A program made the translations under genes and the position numbers. Below are positions 1 to 12,478 of a DNA stretch of 64,000 nt, in pieces (position 1 is the stretch's first letter; every line of letters starts with the position of its first letter). The notes under the pieces were generated by a model. That model had not been told where the DNA came from. It did not search any database and saw only the letters and a list, made by a program, of their open reading frames with translations. The stretch is taken from NCBI RefSeq assembly GCF_036588685.1, contig NC_086383.1, forward strand, positions 16,182,001-16,246,000. The letters are read 5' to 3'. Source of the DNA: Mytilus trossulus. Taxonomy: Eukaryota.

Positions 1-554
1 TTGAGAACCAAATTCCAAAAAGTTTTGCCAAATACAGCTAAGGTAATCTATGCCGGAACTAAATGTTATGAACAATTGCATCCTATTTTTCTGCACAAAG
101 TATATTTTGTTATATCGAATTTTAATTTGATTCTGCTTTTATTGAATATTTTGTTTTGTTGACATTTTATTAAGGTTTTACGAGTTCGGTGATATTTTCC
201 AAAATTATTCCGTTTGTCGTAAAATTGAAAATCATTCTAACATAAAACTAATTTATTACGTGGTGGGTTGTAGATTTGTCGCCTTTTAACCTGCGCTGTG
301 ATGATTTGAAGATTGAAGAGTACGCAAATTCTGAAAATCTTATTGTCTAATTATCAATTGATTTCGATTTTTTTTATATTTTTTTTGATAAAAAAGTGGT
401 ATGAATGCCAGTGAGGTACATACCACATAGTCATTGAAGTATGAATATAAAACATATGAACACAAAGAGATTAAGAGAAAATGTTTCAACTAGATTAAGT
501 AACCATTCCATTTGGCAGCTTTGGTTAGAGGATATTTATTCAAACAATACTTAC

Positions 555-626
555 AGGTATACCAAATCAACGTTAGAGGAGAACAGTTCAGGTTGCAGGA
601 TGGTCAATTCGTTGCCATCAACATTT
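555..626 (-). CDS. LRR gene, 72-nt LRR exon (NVDGNELTILQPELFSSNVDLVY)
   Basis: aag acceptor, gtaagt donor, 72 nt, phase 2-2, LRR consensus. Confidence 0.88.
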
Positions 627-3600
627 CTTTTAACAGGATTAAAAAAAAGAAAAATTTTAACTTCTTGATGAAATATTTATACACGAATCAATTAATAAAA
701 AAAACCGCTTTTTATTCATTTATGGATAAGAAAGTCGAAAGACTTAAATTTACAATCGATTTTCGTTCTGATCGTCTTTTATTGTCGCTATTTCATTTTC
801 ATAGCGCACTTCTTCTTCTTAATATGTCAGAAGATTTAAATGATTCAGAAACATAAAAAAAATAATCAGAAGATGATTAAATTGTTCTGATTGACATCTT
901 TAAAATAATCGTAATTGCAACTTAAATATTGTCATAAAGTATTATGCATATGCCTTTTGGCTAACAGTTGACCATATTGTTATTTGAGAAACAAAGGTCT
1001 TAATCATGGATACTTGTGAGTATTGTGTCCGAACTGCTTCTTATAGACTATCAGTGCCCCAGGACATCATCCCTTTAGCAAACAAGTAGTAGATATTGGC
1101 ATAGTTTATATGTGCAATTTATTCCCGAAAAATAATGTTACACTGAAACTAGGATTTTTACTCCTAAGCGTAAAGTTGACAACGGAACGTGTTCTTAGTC
1201 TTTATTGACACGCTTTGCCTTCATTCTACAAATGTTTCATACTATAATCTCTGATATTTTTTTTTTCTAGAAACACATGTCGTTGGATGTTATGGCTTAA
1301 TAAACGTTATACGGTATGCTCATTTTGATACGAATCGATTTATTTTAATTGATATTTGAAACTCATCTCATAATTTGTACTTAACATGTGCAATAAGACG
1401 GGTGCCACTAGTGGGACAGGATCTGCATTTCCTCCCGAAGGCATAAGGTCACTCAATGCATTTTGTTCAGTTCGTTTTGCTCAATCTATAGTTTTCTATC
1501 TGTATTTAATTAACGTGTACGTCTTTTCTATTTCTCTAATTTTGTTGTTCATAGCAATGTCAGTTTGTATTGGCTTATTATATTTGAATGTCAACTGGTA
1601 TCTTTAGCTTTAATTAGTTTGTTTGATTTTTAGTTAAAGAGGTAAGGTTGGTAAAATCGTCGTGCTTGAGATGACTGATATTGTAATAAAATACTTACAT
1701 TTTCATCAAAGCAATATTTCGCCGAAACAGGTTTTCCGGAAGAGTTGTTAATTTATTCTTTCCTAGGTCTCTGGAAAACAATTCAATTGAATAATCTTGA
1801 ATATGAAGATTTGATACACTTAAAATGCATAAATGCTTGACAAAAGCACTACGCGTACACGAAAACTCGAAAAAAGCAAAACAATATCGCTCCCTGTTAT
1901 AAAAATTTATTTTCTGACGACCTTCATTTTAAAGCCACTATGAACTTTACAATGAAGAAACACAACATTGAAAACAACACATAATAATTTCCATGCGTCC
2001 GAAGCGCTTTTCTGGATATTACTTCATCAGAAACGCTTAAACCGAATATTTGAAAGTAAACGATTTAAGATTCGAAACGAAACAGTTGAAGAGCTTCATT
2101 ACCAAAAATGAACATACAAAATAGCCGAGTCCATCTAAGGTTTGATTGAGGAAGTTAAAACCTTAGTTTCTAATGATTTCAAAATTTGTAAACGGACAAT
2201 TTTAGAAATGTGTGTTATAAATCACCGAGCTGAAGATACCCTCAGAGACTGATAGTCAACAAGCAGAGGTATAAAACTATAAAACCCCGGAAGATTTAGG
2301 AAAACCCGTTTGAGCGACATAATTTTGTTCTATTTGAAATTATAAAATTAAGAATGGAAACTATGCTTGTACATCGCTATATAGATGTGCTCCAGATTCT
2401 GTCGTCTTGTTTCTTTATTTATGTGCGAACCACCCATACAGGAGGCCGTCTAAAGTAATGAATCGACGCTGACATTGTAATTTCACTTTATGTTCCACAA
2501 TGAACATGACGTTATCTTACTAAATAATTGATAGCTTGGTGACTATGTTGAACACATCTATTGCACTAAACTAAAAAATAAACAATTAAACAGTTACTGC
2601 CCGACTCAGGGTGCCGGATATTCTCGCTGTGCTAAAAACTTAATGGTGGCCTTGGGCTGTGTTCAGCTCTTTGGTCGGGGTGTTGTCTCTTTGGTTCAAT
2701 ACTTGTTTTCATTCTGAATTTTATAGCTTAGTTTGCCTCGTAGTTAGCTTAGTTAGACTGATATCTTGAAATTTACAATGATGTTTGAGAAGATAACTTT
2801 TTAAAAAAGGGAAGACTTTAGTTTCCCAGTTGTTAATTTTTCTTTTGAATGTAGAATAATTCCAGCAGGGACAGCACGAAGAGTGAATACGCACCAGTTG
2901 ATACGATATTTCAAAGCTTGTTTTTCCTCTCGTGACTTCCTTAATAGAATGTGGCTGCTTAAAAGAACACTTTTCAGCAAAGGGTTCCAAATAACATTGA
3001 AGTCATCTTTTTTAACATTTTGGAGTTGTCTTTTAGGGTTTGTTGACCCTAATATCTATGTTAAATATGATTACAGTATGTGAAGTTTGTCGTTACAAAA
3101 CTCTCTTTATAAAGATTTTGACATCTCTAAATTAGACTCATCTCCAAATTTGTATTTATCATGTGCAAAAAAAAAGGGTGCCACTATTGGAGCAGGTTCT
3201 TCTTTTCATCCCAGTGGCCTTATATCCCTCTTTGCTTTTCGTTTGGTTCATTTTGCCCAATTTGTAGTAAATATGTTTTGTTTTGTGAATTTGTTTGTCC
3301 TGTCGTTGTTTTTTTTCCGTAGCAATGTATGTTTATTCCGACTTATGTTTGAATTCTCACTTTGTATCGTCTGGCTCGTTTCTATTTAGGTTGTTTTTTC
3401 TTTTAAGATTTCATGTGTGAATTTTCGTCGTGTTTTTAATAACTAATACAGGAATAAGATACTTGCATTTGCAACAAAGACATATATGTTTCAAACAGGC
3501 TTTCCGGAAGAGTGGCTAAATCATTCTCCCCTAGGTTTCTGAAAGAAGAAAAAAATTATGTTAAATTTGAAAGTCTTTTTTTTTCTAAGTTGTTACTAGT

Positions 3601-5018
3601 GACTAATTTTGAAGGGAAGATGAAACAGCATATTTAAAATAAGTAGGTTGTGCAATCTTTTCCGACCAAGAAATATTGTTGATAAATACTGTTATATCAT
3701 AAGCATACGATGCTCTTAATTTAGCCAAAAAGAAGTTGGTACCACGTTCTTGTAATTTTTGTCTGAATTCAAGTTTCAACAATACATGAGCTGAAAAAAA
3801 CTATATTATAATAAAGAAGATGTGGTATGATTGCCAATGAGACTATAAACAAAAGCCCAAAATGACACAAACATTAACAATTATAGCTCATCGTACGGCC
3901 TTCAACAATGAGCGAGCCTATACCGCATATTGTCAGCTATAAAATGGCCCGATAAGACAATGTAAAACAATTCAAGTTCTTGCAAAACTGTGTAAACTTA
4001 TAAACAAAATATGAATGAGAGGGTTATTCCTCCTGGTAAGTTTGTTTTCATACTTTATGTCTGTGTTGTTCATATGTAGATGTTTAATGCAATTATGCAT
4101 AATCTTTAACTGTGTTATTTGTAGTAAATGAAAAATAAAACTCATTCCAATGATCGTTTAACTCTCTACATTATAAAATAATATTCACTAAATAACAGCC
4201 AAGGAATTATTCTAAACGGAAAGTCCGTAAGCAAATGGCAAAAATTAAAAGCTCAAACATATCAAACGAATGGATAACAACTGTCATATTCCTGACTTAG
4301 TACAGGCATTATCTTATGTAGAAAATTGAGAAAAACCCTAGTTTTATAGCTAGTTAAACCTCTCACTTTTATGACAGTCGCATACAATTCATGAGTACCG
4401 GTATGTTAGTGTAAAGAAAACACCGCTACGAGGACTTGATAATTAGAAATCACTTGTGTGTTAAATCATTCCCTTAACAAAGATGACATTTTTGTGAATT
4501 TTTACTGTTTGAAATATGAATAAAGTATTTTCAACCGTAAGATTTCGGCCGCCTGATATGATTTCCTGTTTGTAAGGGTGTGCGTTTGCCCACAATTTAG
4601 TTTTTAAGGAAGACTCTCTGGTTAGTTTGCTCAAATTTCACGGACTTTTAATTACGTTCAAACTTTGAGATTTGAATGTTCTTTATAAGTAGATAAATTC
4701 TGTAAGTCTAACGAGTCATTATACATGTTAAGCAATTTCAGTTAAATGATGACATTGTGCAATGATATGTTGTATAAATGGCAGAGAATACATAATATAT
4801 AACATTTATTTTCTATTTATAATGACTACTTACACCACTAGTGATGTGTTAGCGAAGCTTGGTACTTCTATAAGGCCTCTGCTTTGGCAATCATAGACGA
4901 GTCCATTGGTATAACACACAATATCACAGATAGATGTAATGTTACAATCTTGATTGGCATTGCAACTCTCACCAATAAATAATAATATAGTTATTTTCGT
5001 GCACCAAAGTAAAGACAT
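555..5018 (-). CDS. LRR-containing secreted/membrane protein, 5' portion (signal peptide + LRRNT + at least 3 LRRs); continues beyond the left edge
   Basis: Joining exons 5018-4834, 3538-3467, 1770-1699 and 626-555 gives MSLLWCTKITILLFIGESCNANQDCNITSICDIVCYTNGLVYDCQSRGLIEVPSFANTSLVV-NLGENDLATLPESLFETYMSLLQI-DLGKNKLTTLPENLFRRNIALMKI-NVDGNELTILQPELFSSNVDLVYL. This has an LRRNT (C..C..DC..RGL..VP) and 24-aa LxxNxLxxLPxxLF repeats. All introns are phase 2. Confidence 0.88.
1699..1770 (-). CDS. LRR gene, 72-nt LRR exon (DLGKNKLTTLPENLFRRNIALMK)
   Basis: ttttccag acceptor, gtaagt donor, 72 nt, phase 2-2. Confidence 0.9.
1995..2036 (-). ncRNA. Type I hammerhead ribozyme-like motif within a retrozyme/Penelope-type repeat
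   Basis: Minus strand reads GCGUUU-CUGAUGA-AGUAAUAUCCA-GAAA-AGCGCU-UC-GGACGC. The CUGAUGA/GAAA core is intact, stem III is short and palindromic, the cleavage triplet is UUC, and stem I is GCGUUU/GGACGC. Stem II is weak. Confidence 0.6.
2790..3083 (+). mobile_element. Degenerate Penelope-like element reverse transcriptase C-terminal fragment (intronic)
   Basis: Translates as KREDFSFPVVNFSFECRIIPAGTARRVNTHQLIRYFKACFSSRDFLNRMWLLKRTLFSKGF. This matches the PLE RT thumb motif as I recall it (KRDDFNFPIVNFPF.CSNIP..PAYGVYISQLIRY.RAC...DF..R..LL...L..QG). Confidence 0.75.
3467..3538 (-). CDS. LRR gene, 72-nt LRR exon with GC donor (NLGENDLATLPESLFETYMSLLQ)
   Basis: cttctttcag acceptor; the donor is gcaagt where the duplicate exon at 1699-1770 has gtaagt. 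Confidence 0.75.
4834..5018 (-). CDS. LRR gene, first coding exon (signal peptide + LRRNT)
   Basis: ATG at 5018 follows an in-frame stop and an acceptor (ccacttacag, exon start 5037), which implies an upstream non-coding exon. Ends GT|gtaagt, phase 2. Confidence 0.85.
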
Positions 5019-5372
5019 GTCGATTCTTTATCCCTTCCTGTAAGTGGTATGAATGACAAGGTTATTAGGAACTTTTTATATATTGTTCGTTGTATATATG
5101 TTTGGAGCAAACTTGTATTTATCTATTCCCTTCTTTGTTCCTTAACTTATTTACTGTCATATCAAATTATGTTTTCCTTTGTAAATGAAGAATGCGGATA
5201 ACAAAAAAATAGTAATCATCTTACTCGTTATTTCTATATAATTTAAATTTGGATGTAACGCGACTTCTGATTGGCTGACGTTATTTTATCATCAGCCCAT
5301 ATACAAAATTTAGTCATGTGACTGTGACGTCAACAACGTTTTTTCATTGTTTTCTACGGGAATTAAATTACA

Positions 5373-5529
5373 AGAAATGACTCTAATATTTCTTTCTGTC
5401 TATGAAGAAAAACATAAAAAAAAATGTGTTGCATACTGTTAAATAACCCGCTACGCGCGTTATTCATTGTGCACCAAATTGTTTATGTTATTTCTTCAAA
5501 GACAGAAAAAATATTACAGTCATTCCTTA
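5373..5529. repeat. ~155-bp imperfect palindrome at the end of a non-autonomous DNA element (Crypton-like)
   Basis: Arms agaaatgactctaatatttctttctgtc... and ...gacagaaaaaatattacagtcattcct around a central cccgctacgcgcg. Confidence 0.5.
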
Positions 5530-8500
5530 ATTGGACTATTAAAAACAAAAATTTTATAGCGTTTATGAAAATTAGAACACACTTTTATTCAGTTTCGGCA
5601 TTCATTTTATATTTTGTTAGTTAAAAAAGTATCTTTGGACCTTTTATTGTTGTACCCTTCTTATGTTACTATTTTACTGAAATCTACTTTTCTACATTGT
5701 TGCTTGAAACGTATTTTGTGATATTTTAGGAAGTGGCAATATTGTATCTATGACTTATTGGAACTTTATTATTCACTTGTAACGATAAGCATTATAGATT
5801 GTGTACGTTTGGATATAACATTGCATGTACTTACAAATTAACAGTGTTTGACAATTGTACTTAAGGATATATGTTTTCGCGATTTTATCTCCTGATATTA
5901 CTATTATTTTTCTCGAAACTTGCTTGGCTTACGAACTCCCACTTGTAATTGTAGGTGTATTTTTTGTATAAAAGAAAGACATGTCCACCATACCATAGTT
6001 AATTAGAATCATTGTACTCATATTCATACATATACATATCACTCATGGTCATACGAAGAGTGAGTGTACTTGCTTTTAAAAGTTCATATATCAAGCATGG
6101 AAAAGTGGTTTCTATTGCCGATGATACAATATCTCATTAAAGATTAAATAATACGAATGTGAATCACTACAGACCAATACTAGGCCTTTACCGATGAGTT
6201 AAATGCATTCCGTAGAGTAAGATAAAATACAGGCCCAGATGACTCAAGATTAAATATTTCGAAGGAGAACAAAAAAAGTTTATACTAAATTGAAAATCTT
6301 TAAAAGTTTGATAATTGAAAATTAAACAATGCATTTACTGTTTACAAATGCAATATAATAAACAACGCAGATGAATTTATATATAAATACAGGAAAACAT
6401 TAAGGAACTAGGTATTTATCTTCAATATGAATAATCACATTTTGTCTATTAAGATGTCAAATTGTTCTAAAATGTTCTCCATAATTTCAAACTCAAGTGA
6501 CTTAGATTGATTTATGTAAGAAAACCTTTCATATTCCTTTTTGTTAGCAACATAGCCATTACATACTTATTGATACTAACAGATAAATTTGACTTGCAGG
6601 AGCAGCATTTTGTTTTCATTTAAAAGTGCTGTTTTAAACACTTATTAGGTATACACCATATTTAAGATATCGATTGAATATACGGCTTGTAGTGTTCTTA
6701 TTTTAATCATGTTATATTGTGAATATATATTCTCAACCATTCAGCTGTATCTTCCTCAGCCTGCTATTTCAATAATATATGACATAGACTGACATTATTG
6801 CTGATCCTGAATATCATTTTACAATATGAAAATTTTAATATACACTAAACGGGTATATAACCCCGTCAACCTTTGAGACTCGGGGATGTGTATTCATATA
6901 CATATATAGCCCCATCTAGAGTGCATAAAACCAAGTGTCGTGCTGAATCTAACATCTTAAACGATTCTCAACGATTAATCAAATACCACACGTGTCTTTA
7001 ACCAAGTCAGGAATATGGCAGTTGTTATCAAATAGTCTGTTTCATGTATAATGGCGTTTTGATATGATTTTGCACTTCAGAGTTTCTGCTGTTTCGTTGT
7101 TTTCCTCTTATAGTTGATGTGTTTTTTTCTGTTTTAGTTTTTGACCATGATTTGTTTTCGCTTAATCGATTGATGACTATTGCACAGCGGTATAATACTG
7201 TTGCAATTATTTAGACCATTGCAACTTTTATTATGTCTTTCGCTGATCCAAAAATGATATCAAACGGATTTTTCTTATCTTGCAAACTTGGCACCTAATT
7301 AGTCAGGGAGATCAAAATATGTCTGTACCCAGTCAGAAATATGACCGTTGTTGTCCATTCGTTTGATGTGTTCGAGCTTTTGCATTGCCATTTGATTAGG
7401 AACTTTCCGTTTTGAATTTTCGTCGGAGTTCAGTATTTTTGTGATTTTCCTTTTTATTCAATATAATTATTTCTTTATTTAATTCATCTCCCTCAAAAGT
7501 ATCCACAATTTCTGTAAATGATATGCAAATGTATATGATATAGGTTAAAACATGTTACTTCTTGAGTGAACCAAATACACTTTAACAATCTCTTAATAAT
7601 TTTCATTTATGTTATCGATTTCCGTCGATGGTAAATTTCCACCCCCACCCCGAAAAAACGATACAAATTAAACAGGAGTTATGAACATTCTGTCAAACTT
7701 ACCAATTAACTCAACAGCAGCATGTACGCAGTGAATAACACAATGATTTCCTTGTGTTTGTTTTCATATTTGATTTAAATACCTAGGTGAGATCTAGGTT
7801 AGAGTCCACGACACCAAACAGTTTACCAAGGGGAGAGTTGCGAAGCACAGTCAGTGTTACGTTGAAGCATATACCCGAAATTTTAACTCTTTAAATTCCA
7901 ATTTCTAGTATTAATGAAAGACACAAGGACATGTGAATTGAATTTCAATACAACAACTACCCACCAGTGACCAAATGCAGTGGATGTGGAGACTCTTTTA
8001 AAGGGAAAATGAGCAATAAGGGCCATTTTATTTGTCTTGTTGTAAATCTATACCACACAGCTTTTGCAAATAGTGACATTTTGGGTCTATATCGTTTATT
8101 CTGTTGCCTAGCAACCAGTATAATGATGGAGATAAAATCATTAAATATGCTAAATATACAGCTTAATGATGTTCGCTTCTCTTGTTTTTTAATATCTGCC
8201 ATATATTCAGATGTCTGGTTTTATGAGTGTAGTGTCATACAAAAAAATCCCCGCTAACCCTTACATTTTTCTTTTCATTATGTTATCATATATAGTTTAA
8301 AAACCCATATATGAAAATGCTATAAAATCCTGTTATTTTTTCATAATATTTGAATAAAAAAGGGTGCCAATGTTAAATGTATTAAAAGTCTAGAGATACT
8401 TTTTTTCCCACCAAATGGTCAATGGCTTATATCTCCTCAACAAGAACACCGACCATTAATTTTGTTCTGCTTTTCTAGTTCCTTTATTTATATACTATCA

Positions 8501-9149
8501 ATTTGTAACGGTCTTTATAAAAATCTTTTTATTTTGAAACAAAGTAGCTAACATCATTAAATCTATTCATATTTGAAATCAACCATGTTTAACATGCAGT
8601 AAATTATACATTTATACCCTGTTTGAATTTCAAGAAAACTGATAATATCAATGAAATGAGATATGAACAATATGTAAATGAGACACAAACTAGTCGACAC
8701 ACTTACATCTATAGAAAGAATATAATGGTACCATTTGCAACAGCAATCGAAAACTACACAATGGTATCACGTACCCGTGACTAAATATGAATCGTAATTT
8801 TAAAAGATATAGTTAGTTTTGTCAAAATATAGTCATACTAGTTTCCATTTTTATATAGAAATTTGTAATAACGCATTATGTCTCGTATACTAACGCCATC
8901 ATTTGAGCTACATTCCGTGATCTATCAGTGTATGAAGGGGTTATTCATCGCTCCTACAGAAATACATCATCAAAAAAAAAAAACATTTGTTGATTTGCTT
9001 CAAACATTGTCGAATTTAAAAGAATTTTCCGGTATCATGGGAGCTCCATACCGTGATTTATCAGTAAAGGAAGAGGTCCTTCATCGCACCTACAAAAAAA
9101 CATCATCCAACAATAACCAAAAAATTATTGGTACAGATAGCTTCAAAAA

Positions 9150-9440
9150 GGTATCAAAGGTACCAGGATTATAATTTAGTACGCCAGACGCGCGTGTCGT
9201 CTGCATACTACTCATCAGTGACGCTCATCTCAAAATATTTATTAGACCAAACAAGTACAAAGTTGAAGAGCATTGAGGATCCAAACTTCCAAAAAGTTAT
9301 GCCAAATACGGCGAAGGTAATCTATGCCTGGGATAAGAAAATCCTTAGTATTTTGAAAAATTCAAAATTTTGTAAATCGGAAATTTATAAAAATTACCAC
9401 ATTATTGATACCCTTGGGGACGAAACGTCCACCAGCAAAC
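9150..9440 (-). mobile_element. Retrozyme-like repeat copy with a mutated hammerhead (9181-9226)
   Basis: Minus strand reads GCGUCA-CUGAUGA-GU..AC-GACA-CGCGCG-UC-UGGCGU (GAAA changed to GACA). Flanks match the other copies in the window. Confidence 0.65.
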
Positions 9441-10174
9441 AATGTCGAATTTAAAATGTTTTTGAGTTTAGCTGTTTTAAAGTTAAGAGCTTACTTTACT
9501 CCTGTCTGTCTATCGTTACATTGGCCTTGAATAGATGTACGTGAGTCAACGTTGCAACGTTCCTTTAGATTTATAGATGTATTTAAGATTTGATCTCGTC
9601 AAAATATGCGTGAACCATTCATCATCGAACGTTAAAAAAAATGAACTTAAAATCGATTCACAAATGTATCAAACAAATAACGCATTCCATTGGTTCAAAT
9701 GTGTTAGTTCACGAAATTAATATCGGAATAATGTGTTTCTATATATAAGCAATAATGTAAAGTTTTGATATCGATTAAGAAAAATTCATCAATTTTGTCG
9801 GAAATATAACAGTGCCGTCAATATCATGTTTCCTTTTTTCATCATAGATTTATGATAATAACCTTACTATCCCACACATTCCAAAATTGATATACGGACA
9901 TAAAAAAATGAAAGAATAATCTGTATACCACCATGCAGATATGACATTAGATTTTTTTCACCTCAGAAATGAAAAAAGCAAAATTTCCATTTTATTTAGA
10001 AACGAATAGGGCTAAATGTTCAACGTTTATCAATGTTATATTTAGGGTTTAAACAGTAAGAGTTACATCATTTCATTGTTTACCTGCCTAATACTTGAAA
10101 AGATACGGACATAGATTACGAGTTGTTGCAAGTTTTGTCTCCAAGTGTAACACAACATAAAGCGAAGATGTGAT

Positions 10175-11060
10175 TGTTTCTATTATTATTATTCATATGA
10201 TGTGCCTGTTTTGTTGACATTGGTGTTATCATTATCATTTCTATGCTGTATTTGTATTTTTACTATTGTTTCTATTATTATTATTCATATGATGTGCCTG
10301 TTTTGTTGACATTGTTGTTATCATTATCATTTCTATAATGTATTTGTATTTTAGCTATTGTTTCTATTATTATTATTCATATTATGTGCCTGTGTTGTTG
10401 ACATTGTTGTTATCATTATCATTTCTATGCTGTATTTGTATTTTAGCTATTGTTGCTACTATTATTATTAATATGATGTGCCTGTTTTGTTGACATTGTT
10501 GTTATCATTATCATTTCTATGCTGTGTTTGTATTTTAGCTATTGTTTCTATTATTATTATTATTCATATAATGTGCCTGTTTTGTTGACATTGTTGTTAT
10601 CATTATCATTTCTATGCTGTATTTGTATTTTAGCTATTGTTTCTATTATTATTATTATTCATATGGTGTGCCTGTTTTGTTGACATTGATGTTATCAATA
10701 TCATTTCTATGCTGTATTTGTATTTTAGCTATTGTTTCTATTAGTATTATTCATATAATTTGCCTGTTTTGTTGACATTGTTGTAATCATTACCATTTCT
10801 ATGCTGTAATTGTGTTGAAGCCATTGTTTCTATAATTATTATTCGTATGATGTACCTGTGTTGTTGACACTGTTCCAATCATTAATATTGGTATGCTGTA
10901 TTCGTATTTTAGCCATAGTTTATATTATTATTATTCATATAATGTGCCTGCTTTGTTGACATTGTGCTCATCATTATTATTTCTATATTGTATTTGTATT
11001 TAAGCCATATTTTCTATTAATTATTATTCATATGATGTACATGTTGTGACATTGTTGACA
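10175..11060. repeat. Tandem minisatellite, 92-bp unit (dimer of related 46-bp halves), ~9.5 copies; degenerate monomers continue to ~12030
   Basis: Unit tattattattattcatatgatgtgcctgttttgttgacattgttgt + tatcattatcatttctatgctgtatttgtattttagctattgtttc, starting at 10181, 10273, 10365 and onward. Confidence 0.95.
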
Positions 11061-11399
11061 TTGATTCTCTTATAAATGTCCCTATGATGTACAAACGTAC
11101 GTGTATTGTTGACTTTATATTCATAATACTTTTTTCTTTGATGTAGCTCTAGTGTTAATTTTAAATAATTACAGGTTGTATCGGTTTTGTTGAAATTGTT
11201 TCCATTACTTTTATTAATATGAAACATGTGTATTGTTGACCTTGTTTCTGTTATTTTTAGCTAAATGATATATTCGTATTGTTGACATTGTTGTATTTTT
11301 TTTATTTATATGATGTATTTGTATTGCTGAGATTGCTTTTATATTTTTTATTTATAATACATGATGTATATATAGTGTTGACATTACTCCTATTATCAC

Positions 11400-11809
11400 T
11401 CCCCCAAGGGTAACTGGGGTATATAATATGGTCACTTAATCTTCTCCCGATCGGCAGTAAGACGCTTGCCGAAGTGGGGCGTCCGTTTTGCTGTGTGGGA
11501 TGCATCAGGTCGCAGTCACGTCCGGTCAGAATATGATGCCTCGTGTAAAGATAGTGCCACGCTCTTTGCACGTTAAGAACCCTTGCAATAACTCTCTGAG
11601 GGATCCGTAGGTGGCCTGTTGCAAGACAAAATTTCTGTTCCTATCCAAGATACCCTACTTTTCCGGTGGCAGTCCAAATTTCTCCGACCATCATCCAAGA
11701 TGGCCTCTATTGTATCAACCTACCTATTGTATTTATTGTGAACTTGTTCTCGTCCTGAATATGCATGAAATATTTGCCACTGGACGCTAAGCAACCAACA
11801 ATCAATCAA
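11400..11809 (+). mobile_element. ~410-bp SINE-like retroposon (Deu/Nin-domain-like) with 12-bp TSD
   Basis: TSD tcctattatcac at 11388-11399 and 11810-11821; (AATC)n tail; central gcacgttaagaaccc...ccggtggcagtccaaattt resembles the Deu domain; second copy at 17646-18046. Confidence 0.8.
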
Positions 11810-12049
11810 TCCTATTATCACCAATATATATATTATGTACCTGTAGAATTGACCTTGTTTATGTTAATTTTATTGACATAAGGTATTTATAATCATTTGA
11901 CGTATTTGTATTGTAAACATTCTTTCTGATTATCTTTATTTCTATGATATATCTAGCGTTATCTAAAGTGTTGTCATTGAACCTATAATTATTATTCTGA
12001 TATCAATGATGTATTTGTTCGTATGACATTGTTTCCATATGTTGTTGTT

Positions 12050-12478
12050 GGCCCAAGCTGACTTTTAAAATGTAGATATCATTGAAAAAGCTCGAAACTA
12101 TCTCCCTTTGGTGCAAAAATGCTATTTTTTTGCATTTAAATTTAAATAATTTTTTTACTCATCGGTGACCTATATTTTTTAGTGTTGTTTTCAATAAGCT
12201 ATTCATTAACTAAATAATTGTAAAACTAAAGCGATTTATGTAATTAGGTTCTTTTTCATTTCGATATTTCCTTTTTTTCTCCTATTAGTTCAACAGAAAA
12301 AAGTACTTTTACAAAAATGTATGTTTCTTTCGAAGGCAGATTGTGAGCGTAAATGATCGGTGATTCCTCTTTTTTATTCTATTTTTCTATTAGGTATAAG
12401 ATAAAGTTTATTTATAGAGAAAATAAGCGAAATCTTAAATTAAATAAAAAAAAATGATTTAGACCGGCGAGCCCCCTT
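12050..12478 (+). mobile_element. 5'-truncated copy of the TTAA-flanked MITE seen at 29548-30109
   Basis: Colinear similarity ending agaccggcgagccccc-ttaa. Confidence 0.75.

Noticed and set aside
441-856. Plus-strand ORFs of 75 and 114 aa
   Set aside because: Antisense shadows of the minus-strand LRR exon plus AT-rich intron; no protein-like signal.
9400-9440. gataccc-ttg-gggacgaaacgtc as a second, opposite-polarity hammerhead
   Set aside because: Has GAAAC-GUC but no CUGANGA in this copy; it is better explained as a simple hairpin.
10175-11060. Regular repeat array as a possible CRISPR
   Set aside because: Units are contiguous with no unique spacers, there are no cas genes, and the context is eukaryotic.
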